A stretch of DNA of 46,494 nucleotides from Halobacteriaceae archaeon. Lineage in GTDB: Archaea > Halobacteriota > Halobacteria > Halobacteriales > Halobacteriaceae. The stretch lies in assembly GCA_042216675.1 (NCBI GenBank), contig JBDGTS010000030.1:1-46494 (forward strand). The letters run 5' to 3'. Numbering within the stretch: the first letter of the stretch is position 1; the number at the start of each line of letters is the position of its first letter. Both the position numbers and the translations under genes were made by a program. Below the pieces are notes generated by a model that worked only from the letters and a program-made list of their open reading frames with translations, ran no database searches and was not told the DNA's origin. Shown piece by piece: positions 36,973-46,494 of the stretch.

Positions 36973-38630
36973 ATCCGACTCTCGCGGCTCGCGACGGCGA
37001 CGCGCGTGCCGTTCCGGAACGCGACGACGCGGCGTCCGTCTCGCGAGAAGGTGACGCCGCCGGCCCGCGTCGTCCGGTTTCCGGTCGGAATCGGCGCGGT
37101 GCCGAGTGTCCGATTCCGGGTCTGTACCCGGAGCGCGAACCCCGTCGTGGCGTTCGGGGTCTCCGTCACCGGCACGGTGACGACGCTGACGGTCCGGCCC
37201 GCGACGACGGGCCGCGCGGTGCGGTTCTCCGACGCGAACGACGGCGACCACGCGCCCCCCTCGGGTCGCAACCAGACGCGGTAGACGGAGCCGTTGCCGG
37301 CGACGTTCCACCCTGTGCGGGCGGCGACGACTTCTCGCCGCCAGCCGACGCCCCCGACGCGAACGACGGCGTACCCTCGTGCCGCGAGTTCACTCGGCGC
37401 GGCCGCTTGGGTCCACATCGACCGGTCGGGGTTCACGACGATGACGCCCCCGGTTCGCACGTCCGTCGCCGTCTCACCGACCGAGACGTTGATGCCGGCG
37501 ATGCGCGGATTCGGCACGTCCTCGGCGTACGTCACGTCGTAGCCCCGCACCGACACCGCGCCGTCGGGGTTCGGCGTCGACTCGGCGGGGACTGTCGCAA
37601 AGTTCACCGGCACCGCGACGAACGCGACGACGACGAGGGGCAACACGAAGAGCGCAATCGCCGCGGTCCGCCGGTCGACGTCTTCGAACACCGGGAGCGG
37701 CCGGTCGCTCGCGTGCGACACCAGCGCCACCATCGCCGCCGCGACGAAGAGGACCGCGACGCCCACGCCGCGGTAGAGGACGAACTCCGAGGCGCCGCGA
37801 TACCACCAGATAGCCCACATGTCCCCGAGCGTCGCCACCAGCACCGCGCCGACGGCGAGGCGCCCCGCGGACGGGAGCGACCCGCGCCGGCGAAACAGCA
37901 AGACGCCCCCGATGGCCCCCAGCAGGAGGCCGAGGAAGTGCCCGAGGACCGCGATGCCAGCCCACGACGGCTCCGAGTACTGGATGCCGCCTGACGCCGT
38001 TGTGACCGGGTTCCGAAGCGCGTCGAAGGCGAGCCCGAGAGCCCGCTGACCGACGAACGCGGCCACCGTCACGAGCGGGTAGCGGACGAGCGCGAACCCG
38101 GCGAACGCGAACACGGCCCCCGAGAAGCCGATGATGGGGCCCCAGTGGAGCAGGCTCGTCGCCAGCGCAACCGCGCTGACGGCGACTGGGAAGCCGACGA
38201 ACGCGCGGAGATACGGGTTCCTCCGCCACGACCCGAAACTCGACTCGCCGCGCTCGGTGGGGAAGTGCCCGAACGCGTACTCCGCGAGTGGTGCGAGCGC
38301 CAGCGTCCCCAGCAGATTGCCCGTCAGGTGACCGTAGCTCTGATGCGCGAACGGCGCCGTCACCATTCCGAGCGGGTAGCGATACGACCACGACGTGAAG
38401 GGGAGGTGGAGCGGCGCGTACCGATTCCCCAGTCCGCCCTGCACGACGAGGTAGAAGGCGAGGACGAACGCCGAAAGCAGCAGCGTCCCCCACGGCACCC
38501 CGAGGAGAAGACGGGACCGGAGCCGTTCGCCCCACGCGCCGCGGGGCCGGGCGAGGCGCCACACCGTCAGCCCCGCCAGCACCGCGGCGACGAGCATGCC
38601 GGCCGTCGAGGCCAGCGCCAGCGACACCAT
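36969..38630 (-). CDS. Rhomboid family intramembrane serine protease with C-terminal extramembrane domain
   Basis: H....HL.GN, GFSG catalytic Ser, GH..G catalytic His. C-domain has N-x-T sequons (NAT, NRT). Confidence 0.82.
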   Translation of the reverse strand: MVSLALASTAGMLVAAVLAGLTVWRLARPRGAWGERLRSRLLLGVPWGTLLLSAFVLAFYLVVQGGLGNRYAPLHLPFTSWSYRYPLGMVTAPFAHQSYGHLTGNLLGTLALAPLAEYAFGHFPTERGESSFGSWRRNPYLRAFVGFPVAVSAVALATSLLHWGPIIGFSGAVFAFAGFALVRYPLVTVAAFVGQRALGLAFDALRNPVTTASGGIQYSEPSWAGIAVLGHFLGLLLGAIGGVLLFRRRGSLPSAGRLAVGAVLVATLGDMWAIWWYRGASEFVLYRGVGVAVLFVAAAMVALVSHASDRPLPVFEDVDRRTAAIALFVLPLVVVAFVAVPVNFATVPAESTPNPDGAVSVRGYDVTYAEDVPNPRIAGINVSVGETATDVRTGGVIVVNPDRSMWTQAAAPSELAARGYAVVRVGGVGWRREVVAARTGWNVAGNGSVYRVWLRPEGGAWSPSFASENRTARPVVAGRTVSVVTVPVTETPNATTGFALRVQTRNRTLGTAPIPTGNRTTRAGGVTFSRDGRRVVAFRNGTRVAVASRESRI

Positions 38631-38740
38631 AGCCGCCCCCACGGCCCCGCCCTGTAAAAAGCCACGCCGTCCCCCGTTCGGCCGCGTCGGGCCGCGTCCC
38701 GGTCGAAACGTTGAAACGCGCCACGGGCCAATCTCGTCCC

Positions 38741-39022
38741 ATGGAACTCCGGGTCATCGACAAGTCAGCGGAGGAACTCACTATCGAAATCGCCGGCGAG
38801 GACCACACCTTCATGAACGTGCTGAAGGGCGCCCTGCTGGAGATGGACAGCGTCGCGGCGGCCACCTACGACATGAACCCCGAGCAGTCCGGCGGACAGA
38901 CGGAGCCGATTCTCTCCATCAAGACGGAGGGCGAGGACCCCATCGACGCTCTCGAAAACGCCGCGGGGCGCGTGCAGGAGCAGACGTCGGCGTTCCGCGA
39001 CGCAGTCGAGGGCGCGGCCTAA
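38741..39022 (+). CDS. rpoL: DNA-directed RNA polymerase subunit L (Rpo11)
   Basis: [17 protein letters not shown]...V..ATY. Confidence 0.95.
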   Translation: MELRVIDKSAEELTIEIAGEDHTFMNVLKGALLEMDSVAAATYDMNPEQSGGQTEPILSIKTEGEDPIDALENAAGRVQEQTSAFRDAVEGAA

Positions 39023-39846
39023 CTTCTCACGACGCGCGGGAGGCGGTGGACGCCGACGCCGAGCGCCAACATCGACAGCGACAGCACCACCAGCCCCGGC
39101 CGCGCGCGGTAGTAGCCGCCGACGAAGATGAGCGCGAGGAAGAACAGGTGAAAGACCAGCGACGCGCCGAACGCCGCCGTCGGCACGTCGCCGTCGAAGG
39201 CGGGTGGCCGCGCGAGGAGGATGGCCGCCGCGAGCGTCCCGGCCCCCACCAACACGGCGAGTTTCAGCGTCTGCGACCCCGCGGTGAACCGGACCCACCC
39301 CTCCAACAGCGGAATCAGCGACGCCACGGACAGCACCAGCGCCGTCGGCGCCCGAATCTCAGGGCGCGGAAGCCGTCGTTCGAGGCCGAGGTACCACGCC
39401 GGCAACAGGAGCGCGACGGTGAACCACCCGAAGAAGTTGCCGTAGGGCACGCCGAACCACGGCCCCGGCGGCGTCCACACCCAGTAGGGCACGCGGATGG
39501 CGACGGCGTCCATCGCGAGGTCGATGTGCAGGGCGTACAGCGCCACGAACCCCGGGAACGACACGCGGGGGACGCCGAGACCGCGGGCCGTCGCCACCCC
39601 GGCGTAGATGACCGCCGCCCACCCGAGGCCGATGGCGAGGGGGATGTCCAACGGCGCCACGAGATACTGCTCGGCGGGATACGTGTACGCCTCGAACGCG
39701 ACGATGGTCGCCTTCTCCAGAACGATGCCGTAGGCCAGTGCCGCACCGAGAAGCGCCACGTCCGCTCTGTCGCCGCGGGCGTCGCGGAGACACAGCGCCG
39801 CCGCCACCAGCATCGCCGCGGTGAACGCGACGTAGAGCGGTTGCAT
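39019..39846 (-). CDS. Carotenoid-biosynthesis (CruF/DUF422-like) membrane protein
   Basis: E......Y.Y, P.AI..GW, DL.MD.VA....W.W...G.WFGVP..NFFGW. Confidence 0.75.
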   Translation of the reverse strand: MQPLYVAFTAAMLVAAALCLRDARGDRADVALLGAALAYGIVLEKATIVAFEAYTYPAEQYLVAPLDIPLAIGLGWAAVIYAGVATARGLGVPRVSFPGFVALYALHIDLAMDAVAIRVPYWVWTPPGPWFGVPYGNFFGWFTVALLLPAWYLGLERRLPRPEIRAPTALVLSVASLIPLLEGWVRFTAGSQTLKLAVLVGAGTLAAAILLARPPAFDGDVPTAAFGASLVFHLFFLALIFVGGYYRARPGLVVLSLSMLALGVGVHRLPRVVRS

Positions 39847-39884
39847 GGACGGTAGGTATCAACCGGCCGAGAAAAGCGCGTCGG

Positions 39885-40697
39885 TCAGAGTCGAACCGGG
39901 ACGCCCCGGTCGTCGAGATACTCTTTGGTCTCCTGAATCGAGTAGTCGCCGTAGTGGAAGATGGAGGCCGCCAGCGCCGCGTCCGCGCCCGCCTCGAACG
40001 CCTCGTACATGTGTTCGGGGCCGCCACAGCCAGAGGACGCGATGACGGGCGTCGAGACGGCGTCGCAGACACCCTCCAAGAGGGGGATGTCGTAGCCGTC
40101 CCGCGTGCCGTCCATGTCGATTGAGTTCACGAACAGTTCGCCGGCCCCACGCTCTTCGGCCTCGCTGGCCCACTCGATGACGTCGCGGCCCGTGCCCTCG
40201 CGGCCGCCTTTCACCGTACACTCGAACCAGCAGGACTCGCCGTCGACGGTGGCGTAGTGTTCGCCCTGTTCGTCGAAGCGGCGGCGCGCGTCGACGCTGA
40301 TGACGATGCACTGATTGCCGAAGGAGCGCGCGCCCTCGGTGATGAGTTCCGGGCGCTCCAGCGCGCCGGTGTTGATGGACACCTTGTCCGCGCCGGCCCG
40401 AAGCGTCTCTTTCACGTCGTCGCGGGTGCGGATGCCCCCGCCGACGGTGAGGGGGATGAACACCTCGTCGGCGACGCGCGAGACGGCGTCGAGCATCGTC
40501 TCGCGGCCCTCCGCCGACGCGGTGATGTCGAGGAAGACGAACTCGTCGGCGCCCGCCTCGTTGTAGCGCTTCGCCATCTCCACGGGGTCGCCGGTGTATT
40601 CGAGGTTCTCGAAGTTCGTCCCCGTGTAGACGGCCGCGTTCCCGTCCTCGTCGATGTCGACGTCGATGCACGGGATGACTCGCTTAGTGAGCGCCAT
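39885..40697 (-). CDS. hisF: Imidazole glycerol phosphate synthase cyclase subunit
   Basis: [63 protein letters not shown] at 40697. Confidence 0.96.
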   Translation of the reverse strand: MALTKRVIPCIDVDIDEDGNAAVYTGTNFENLEYTGDPVEMAKRYNEAGADEFVFLDITASAEGRETMLDAVSRVADEVFIPLTVGGGIRTRDDVKETLRAGADKVSINTGALERPELITEGARSFGNQCIVISVDARRRFDEQGEHYATVDGESCWFECTVKGGREGTGRDVIEWASEAEERGAGELFVNSIDMDGTRDGYDIPLLEGVCDAVSTPVIASSGCGGPEHMYEAFEAGADAALAASIFHYGDYSIQETKEYLDDRGVPVRL

Positions 40698-40795
40698 CTG
40701 TTGACGGGGGCTACGACGGCACCCCTCAAAAGAGACGCGAACCGGGTGAGCGCCCCATCGACACGCCAAAGTAGGAGTCCCCCACACCCTCTCGT

Positions 40796-40960
40796 ATGGC
40801 AGACGACCACCACGAGGTCGAACACGCGGAGGGCTACCCGCCGGGCGAGACGCGCACCACCGCACCCCAGCAGGAGTACACCGGCGCACAGATCGGCAAG
40901 GGCTTCCTGATTCTGCTCGTCGGCCTCGCCGTCGTCTTCGGCGTGCCGATGGTCCTGTAA
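40796..40960 (+). CDS. 54-aa single-TM haloarchaeal small protein (not in the ORF track)
   Basis: ATG 40796 to TAA 40960: MADDHHEVEHAEGYPPGETRTTAPQQEYTGAQIGKGFLILLVGLAVVFGVPMVL. It fills the hisF-purL gap exactly. Confidence 0.75.
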   Translation: MADDHHEVEHAEGYPPGETRTTAPQQEYTGAQIGKGFLILLVGLAVVFGVPMVL

Positions 40961-43123
40961 TCAGTCCAGTTCGCGGGCCAGCACGTCTCGCTGGGCCGCA
41001 ATCTCCGCCGCGTCGTAGCGGAGCGTCTCGTCCTCGACGGTCAGTTCGAGCGCACCAGCCTCCGTCGCGGACCCGAGCGACCGCACGGGCACGTCCACGG
41101 CCTCGCGCACCGCCTCGGGGTCCGTCGTCTCCACGACGGCGCGGCCGACGGCCTCCGAGAACAGGGCGCCGACGCTCGGCACCTCGACGTTCGCGCCCGC
41201 GTCCTCGGTGACCATCTCCGCGAGGGTCACCGCGAGGCCGCCGTCGCTCACGTCGTGGACGGCCGTCACCGAGTCGTGGGTGGCCGCCGTGCGCACCGCG
41301 TCGACGGCCGCGCCGGGGTCGGCCGGGAGCGCCGGGAACGCGTCCTCCCCGTCGAACTGCGCGAGGTACTCCGACCCGCCGAGCGCCGTCTCGAACTCGC
41401 CGACGAGGAGCAGTTCGCCGTCACCGGAGAGCGCCGTGCCGGGCGCGTCGACGTCCGTCGCCGTCCCGACCATCGCCAGCGTCGGCGTCGGCGGGATGGC
41501 GCCCGTGGCCGAATCGTTGTAGAGCGAGACGTTCCCGCCGACGACGGGCACGTCGAGCGTCGAACACATGTCCGCGAGGCCGTCGACGGCGTCGGCGAAG
41601 CCGCCGTACACGTCGGGCTTCTCGGGGTTGCCGCCGTTGAGACAGTCCACGGCCGCCAGCGGGTCGGCCCCCGTCGCAGCGAGGTTCGTCGCGTTCTCCA
41701 GCGCAACCGCGCAGGCACCCTCGTAGGGCGCGCGGTCCGTCCAGTTCGGACTCGCGCCGGCGGCGAGAGCGACGCCCGGCACGGGCGGGTCCGCGGCACC
41801 CGGCGGGTCGCCGACGGCCTCTCGGAGCGCCAGCAGTGCCGCGTCGTCACCGGGTCGGACCGCCGTGCGCGCGCCGACTTCGTGGTCGTACTGCCGGTAC
41901 ACCCACGCCTTGCTCGCGGCGGTGGGACTGCCGACGACGGCCTCGAACGCCTCGCTCACGTCGGGCGACGGCAGGTCGGGTTCCGGTTCGGGTGGCGTCT
42001 CGCGCGGCAGGTCGTTCATCGGTGCGCCCTCTGCGAGGAACTCCGCGGGCGCGTCCACGACAGTCTCCCGCTCGCCGTCGTCGTCCGCGAACGTGCAGAC
42101 GTAGCGCCCCGTATCCGTCACCTCGCCGATGACCGAACAACCGAGGTCGAAGCGGTCGGCCACCTCCTGTACGGCCTCGACGTCCTCGGGGTGGACCTCG
42201 TAGGCCATCCGCTCTTGGGATTCGGCGAGCAGAATCTCCATGGCGTTCATGTTCGGTTCGCGCTGGTGGACCCGGTCGAGTTCGATGTACGCGCCGGTGT
42301 CGGCCTTCGCGACCATCTCGCTCGTCGCGCCGCCCAGTCCCGCCGCGCCGAGGTCCCGGGCCGCGGTCACGAGGTCCCGGTCGAGCAGCGTCTCGTTGGC
42401 CTCGATGAGCAGCTTCTCCGTGTACGGGTCGCCCACCTGCACGGCGGGGCGGTCCTCGACCTCCGCGTCCTCCGAGAGGTCCTCGCTCGCGAAGGAGGCG
42501 CCCCCGAGGCCGTCCCGCCCCGTCGCGTTGCCGACGAGGACGAGTTTGTGGCCGACGTTCTCGGCCGCGGCCGTGACCATCCGCTCGGCGTCGGTGAGGC
42601 CGACGCAGGCGACGTTCACGAGCGGGTTGCCCTCGTAGTCCTCGTGGAACGCGACGCTCCCGCCGACGGTGGGGACGCCGATGGAGTTGCCGTAGTCGCT
42701 GATGCCCTCGACGACGCCCTCCAGCAGGTACTGGGAGTGGTCGCGCTCGAAGTCGCCGAAGTAGAGGCAGTCCGCCAGCGCGATGGGGAACGCGCCCATC
42801 GAGAGGGTGTCGCGGACGATGCCCCCCACGCCCGTCGCCGCACCGTCGTAGGGGTCCACGTAGGAGGGGTGGTTGTGGCTCTCGATACCGAAGGTGAGAT
42901 ACACGTCCTCGTCGCCGACGGGTACCGCGACGACGGCGGCGTCGTCGCCGGGGCCGAGGACGACCTGTTCGCCCTCGCTGTCGAACGCCGAGAGCAGGGG
43001 GCGCGAGGAGCGGTACGCGCAGTGTTCGCTCCAGAGGTTCTCGAACAGCGCCGCCTCGGCGCGCGACGGCTCGCGCCCGAGTTCCGCCGTCACGAGTTCG
43101 CGGTCCGGGTCCGATAGGGCCAT
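40961..43123 (-). CDS. purL: Phosphoribosylformylglycinamidine synthase subunit PurL
   Basis: [56 protein letters not shown]. Confidence 0.97.
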   Translation of the reverse strand: MALSDPDRELVTAELGREPSRAEAALFENLWSEHCAYRSSRPLLSAFDSEGEQVVLGPGDDAAVVAVPVGDEDVYLTFGIESHNHPSYVDPYDGAATGVGGIVRDTLSMGAFPIALADCLYFGDFERDHSQYLLEGVVEGISDYGNSIGVPTVGGSVAFHEDYEGNPLVNVACVGLTDAERMVTAAAENVGHKLVLVGNATGRDGLGGASFASEDLSEDAEVEDRPAVQVGDPYTEKLLIEANETLLDRDLVTAARDLGAAGLGGATSEMVAKADTGAYIELDRVHQREPNMNAMEILLAESQERMAYEVHPEDVEAVQEVADRFDLGCSVIGEVTDTGRYVCTFADDDGERETVVDAPAEFLAEGAPMNDLPRETPPEPEPDLPSPDVSEAFEAVVGSPTAASKAWVYRQYDHEVGARTAVRPGDDAALLALREAVGDPPGAADPPVPGVALAAGASPNWTDRAPYEGACAVALENATNLAATGADPLAAVDCLNGGNPEKPDVYGGFADAVDGLADMCSTLDVPVVGGNVSLYNDSATGAIPPTPTLAMVGTATDVDAPGTALSGDGELLLVGEFETALGGSEYLAQFDGEDAFPALPADPGAAVDAVRTAATHDSVTAVHDVSDGGLAVTLAEMVTEDAGANVEVPSVGALFSEAVGRAVVETTDPEAVREAVDVPVRSLGSATEAGALELTVEDETLRYDAAEIAAQRDVLARELD

Positions 43124-43148
43124 TTGGTGGCACTCGGGGACGCCGTAA

Positions 43149-43718
43149 CTAACCCGTTTCCATCCGGGTCCGATGCTCGTCGAACAGGCCGCGCAACTGC
43201 TCGCGGGTCTGGCCGGTCACGGTGCCGGGCCCGACGCGGAAGACGCCGGCGAGGTCCTCCTCCCTGAGCGCGGACGTGAGACTCTGTACCAACCGGTACA
43301 CCCGCTGTTCGTCCGCGTACATGTAGAGCGTGCTCAGACTGTCCACACAGACCCAGCCGCGACCGGACGTGAGATGGCGGGCGGCCTTCGAGAAGCGGAT
43401 GCTCAGTCCGGTGAAGTCGCTCGGACTCGTTCTGTCGGCGACCCACAGCGGTCCGTCGTAGGAGACGGTGGAGCCGACGACCGGAATGACCCCGACCCGA
43501 CTCGGGTCGGTGCCGCGTTCGCGCACCTGCCGCTCGATTTTGTCGGGTCCGGCACCCGTCGAAATGACGAGGAGGTTGTCGAAGGCGCGGTCGGGCAGGA
43601 CGGAGAGGGCTTGCCGCCCGTGGTCGACTGTCGCTAACACCTGATCGCCGGGGGAGAGGTCGGACAGGGCGGCATCCCGAGACCCGTTCCCGTTGGCGAT
43701 AGTGCGGTCAACGAGCAT
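43149..43718 (-). CDS. Inactive KaiC/RecA-fold protein (DUF835/DUF7504-like)
   Basis: [28 protein letters not shown], ..LFD; no Walker A. ATG at 43718 with SD GGAGGG. Confidence 0.72.
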   Translation of the reverse strand: MLVDRTIANGNGSRDAALSDLSPGDQVLATVDHGRQALSVLPDRAFDNLLVISTGAGPDKIERQVRERGTDPSRVGVIPVVGSTVSYDGPLWVADRTSPSDFTGLSIRFSKAARHLTSGRGWVCVDSLSTLYMYADEQRVYRLVQSLTSALREEDLAGVFRVGPGTVTGQTREQLRGLFDEHRTRMETG

Positions 43719-44082
43719 CTTCGAACCCTCCCTCGCCGCCGGATTCGATCGGTTCGATGGACACCGCCTCTCCCTCTTCGGGGAACCGGACGAAGTCGCG
43801 CGCGAACTGCCACGTCCCCAGTGCGATGCCCACCGCCGCACCCGTGTACGCGAGTCGGTAACTGTATGTGACGGCGCCCGTCGCGTCGTCGAGGACGACG
43901 TGTTCGACGACGGCGGCGACGGTGAGGAGAACGAGGCTCCCCGCGATGAGGCCCACGCCCTCGGGGTAGAGCACCTGACGTCGGTAGCGAACGAGACTGG
44001 CCGTCAGCAGGGCCGACGCGGAGAGGAGGCCGACCAACTGTAACACCGTCGCGACGGTTCGGAGCGTCTCCATCGCCGTCAT
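43708..44082 (-). CDS. Hypothetical 3-TM membrane protein with acidic tail
   Basis: Three hydrophobic segments. Overlaps the downstream gene by 11 nt and has an ATGA overlap with the upstream gene. Confidence 0.65.
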   Translation of the reverse strand: MTAMETLRTVATVLQLVGLLSASALLTASLVRYRRQVLYPEGVGLIAGSLVLLTVAAVVEHVVLDDATGAVTYSYRLAYTGAAVGIALGTWQFARDFVRFPEEGEAVSIEPIESGGEGGFEDAR

Positions 44083-44372
44083 GCGCCGGCTCCCCGCGCG
44101 ACCATTCGCGACAGTCGGACCCCCGTCAGGACGACGCCGCCCACGGCGCCCGTCCACAGCACCGTCGCCGCCGCGAGGACGGCGTCCGAGGAGATGCCGA
44201 CGAGGCCCCACACGACGACGGCGAAGAACACCGCGAGCGACGGCACCAGCGGTCGGAGGACGTCACCCCACTCCGTCCCGCGGTATCCCCGCGCCGCGAT
44301 GGCCGCGAACGCGACGGCGACGGCGAGGGCACCCACCTGCACCGACCGGAGAAGCGCGGCGAGGAAGCTCAC
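44079..44372 (-). CDS. Hypothetical 3-TM membrane protein
   Basis: GTG at 44372 preceded by GGTGA SD. RGYRGT.WG.VL motif after TM1. Confidence 0.6.
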   Translation of the reverse strand: MSFLAALLRSVQVGALAVAVAFAAIAARGYRGTEWGDVLRPLVPSLAVFFAVVVWGLVGISSDAVLAAATVLWTGAVGGVVLTGVRLSRMVARGAGA

Positions 44373-44502
44373 GCTCTCACCGTGGCTCGGTTTCCCATAC
44401 ACCACGGTGGACGAGTGGGGTGGTAGTTCTTTTTGCCGCTTCCGTGTCACTGTCGTCACCGCAATCGGGGCGCTTTTGCCGGGGCACCCCCAAGTGGTGC
44501 CC

Positions 44503-45189
44503 GTGCTGACCGTCGAGTTCCACGCCCACTCCGAGCACTCCCACGACGGACGAGACACCGTCGAGGCCCTCCTCGAACAGGCCCGGGACGTCGGACTCGA
44601 CGGCCTCGCGGTCACCGACCACGACACCATCGACGGCAGTCTCGACGCCGCCGAGAAGGCCGCGGACTACGGTCTCGTCGGCATTCCGGGGATGGAGGTC
44701 ACGAGCGAGGCGGGCCACGTCCTCGCCCTCGGCGTCTCCGACCTCATTCCCGCCGACCTGTCGTTCGCGGAGACGCTCGACCGCATCCACGACGCGGGCG
44801 GCATCGCGATCGTCCCCCACCCCTTCCAGAAGTCCAGGCACGGCGTCGGCCCGCACGTCGACCGGGAGACGCTGGCGTCCGCCGACGCCATCGAGGTGTA
44901 CAACTCCCGTCTGTTGACGGGGCTGGCGAACCGCCGCGCCGAGCAGTTCGCCCGCCAACACGGCCTCCCGATGACCGCCGGGAGCGACGCCCACATCTCC
45001 GAGATGGTCGGGCGCGCGCCCACGCAAGTCGGCACGGACGAGCGCTCCGTCGAGGCAATTCTCGACGCCGTCGTCGCCGGCCGTACCTCCTTCGAGGGCG
45101 AGCGCACGCCGTGGCGCGTCAGTTTCCGGCAGGCCGCCGGCGGGGCGAAACGCCGCATCAAGCGCCGCCTCGGCGACTTCTTCGAGTAG
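44503..45189 (+). CDS. PHP-domain metal-dependent phosphoesterase
   Basis: HAHS..S.DG, VTDHD, GMEVT...GH, PHP, EVYN, GSDAH. GTG at 44503. Confidence 0.88.
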   Translation: MLTVEFHAHSEHSHDGRDTVEALLEQARDVGLDGLAVTDHDTIDGSLDAAEKAADYGLVGIPGMEVTSEAGHVLALGVSDLIPADLSFAETLDRIHDAGGIAIVPHPFQKSRHGVGPHVDRETLASADAIEVYNSRLLTGLANRRAEQFARQHGLPMTAGSDAHISEMVGRAPTQVGTDERSVEAILDAVVAGRTSFEGERTPWRVSFRQAAGGAKRRIKRRLGDFFE

Positions 45190-46248
45190 ATGCGCGGCGC
45201 CGACCCCGGCGTCGTGACGCGCGCCCTCGACACCGACGACCCGCTTCCCGAAACGCGGGGCTTCGCGGGCGAACTCCCCGACGGCCGCCTCGTCCGCGAC
45301 GTTCTCGGCCGGGTGCCACTCTACACCGATGGCGACGAGTGGAGCCACCGGCCACACGGCCTCTCGGACCCGACGCCGCTTCCCGCCGGCCACGTCCGGG
45401 CCGATGGCCAGATACGGCGGGCATGGTCGCTCCCCGACCCGGACCCGACCGGCGACGCCGACGCCGTGCGCGACGCGGTGGGCGCGTCCCTCGCGGACGT
45501 GGACGACGACGGCCTCGCCGTCGCGTTCTCCGGCGGCGTCGACTCCGCCCTCGTGGCGAGCGCCGTCGACGCACCGCTCTACGTCGTCGGTTTCCCCGAC
45601 AGCCACGACGTTGCGGCCGCACGCGAGGCGGCGGCCGAGATGGGGCGAGACCTGACTGTCGTGGAACTGTCGCTGTCGGACGTGGAACGCGCCGTCCCCG
45701 AGGTGGCCCGCGGCATCGACCGCACGAACGCGATGGACGTGGCGATCGCGCTTCCCCTCTATCTCGTCGCCGACCGCGTGGCGGCGGACGGCCACGACAG
45801 ACTCGCCGTCGGACAGGGCGCCGACGAACTGTTCGGTGGCTACGCGAAGGTGGCGAAGGCCCCAGAGGACCCGCGCGTCGAGGCGAACACGGTCCGGAGC
45901 GCGCGCCGCGAGGTGGTCCGCTCGCTCCCCGAACAGGCATCCCGTGACGTGTTGGCGCTCCGCGCCGCGGGGGTCACGCCGGTGGCACCTTTCCTCGACG
46001 ACCGGGTCGTCGAGACGGCGCTCTCGCTCCCGGGCGACGCGCTCGTCTCCGGCGACACCCGCAAAGTCGCGCTCCGGGCGGCCGCACGCGACTTCGTGCC
46101 CGACGCCGTCGCCGCCCGCGACAAGAAAGCCGTGCAGTACGGGAGCCTCGTCTCGCGAGAACTCGACCGCCTCGCCAGACAGGCCGGCTTCAAGCGCCGG
46201 ATGGACGACCACGTCTCGAAGTACGTCGCGGACCGCCTGTGCGACTGA
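45190..46248 (+). CDS. Asparagine synthase C-terminal-domain protein (AsnB-like, truncated glutaminase domain)
   Basis: RD.LG..PLY remnant, AFSGGVDS PP-loop, GQGADELFGGY, PFLD, K..LR, KKAVQYGS. Confidence 0.85.
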   Translation: MRGADPGVVTRALDTDDPLPETRGFAGELPDGRLVRDVLGRVPLYTDGDEWSHRPHGLSDPTPLPAGHVRADGQIRRAWSLPDPDPTGDADAVRDAVGASLADVDDDGLAVAFSGGVDSALVASAVDAPLYVVGFPDSHDVAAAREAAAEMGRDLTVVELSLSDVERAVPEVARGIDRTNAMDVAIALPLYLVADRVAADGHDRLAVGQGADELFGGYAKVAKAPEDPRVEANTVRSARREVVRSLPEQASRDVLALRAAGVTPVAPFLDDRVVETALSLPGDALVSGDTRKVALRAAARDFVPDAVAARDKKAVQYGSLVSRELDRLARQAGFKRRMDDHVSKYVADRLCD

Positions 46249-46249
46249 C

Positions 46250-46494
46250 TCACGCGGCGTCCCGGAGCGCCGCCATCGCCCGCTGCCGCTTCTCGACGAC
46301 GTCGTGGACTCGCTCTTTCTTGTCCTCGATGTCCTGCTGGTCGCGAATCCAGTACAGGTCCGTGTAGAACGCCACCAGCGCCTCGACGCGGAACACCCCA
46401 CTCCAGACGTGTTGACGCCCCTTCCCGAATACGGAAACTCCGGCTCTCTCCTGCATATTTCGTATAGCGACATACGATTCAAGCGTCGCGGTTC
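46250..46494 (-). CDS. Hypothetical protein, probably the 3' end of a gene entering from the window edge
   Basis: The frame of the 68-aa ORF is open to the window end (TATLESYVAIRNMQER...). Convergent with the AsnB-like gene; more AT-rich. Confidence 0.45.
   Translation of the reverse strand, partial: TATLESYVAIRNMQERAGVSVFGKGRQHVWSGVFRVEALVAFYTDLYWIRDQQDIEDKKERVHDVVEKRQRAMAALRDAA

Noticed and set aside
44377-46482. 701-aa minus-strand ORF
   Set aside because: Antisense shadow of the PHP and AsnB-like genes.

Overview
GC-rich haloarchaeal (class Halobacteria) chromosomal segment, judged from acidic proteins, archaeal ribosomal proteins, diphthamide genes, RpoL and TATA-box promoters on mostly leaderless genes. 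It is mostly core genome: partial tRNA-Thr(CGU), trm5, dph5, DRG GTPase, rpl11-rpl1-rpl10-rpl12, corA, cysS, cbiX plus a DR2241-like gene, trm112, purA, the menF-D-B/A-C-E menaquinone cluster, TFE-beta, dph2, METTL5, rhomboid, rpoL, hisF, purL, PHP and an AsnB-like gene. Small accessory cassettes interrupt this backbone. They include a NikR plus His-rich Ni/Co transporter pair, a PAS-kinase/Rcp1-type regulator/hybrid-kinase triad inside the men cluster (kinase broken by two 1-nt deletions), a lone GtrA, a CruF-like paralog, and a coupled operon of two 3-TM proteins plus an inactive KaiC/RecA-fold protein. The best candidates for undescribed biology are that three-gene operon, a 650-aa PATAN-like/coiled-coil/degenerate Mrr-nuclease-fold protein, a Cys-Cys-tailed YlbF protein divergent from dph2, and a stand-alone bactofilin-type membrane domain. 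I saw no transposase, integrase, CRISPR array or rRNA. All family calls come from motif recognition by eye, not from database searches.
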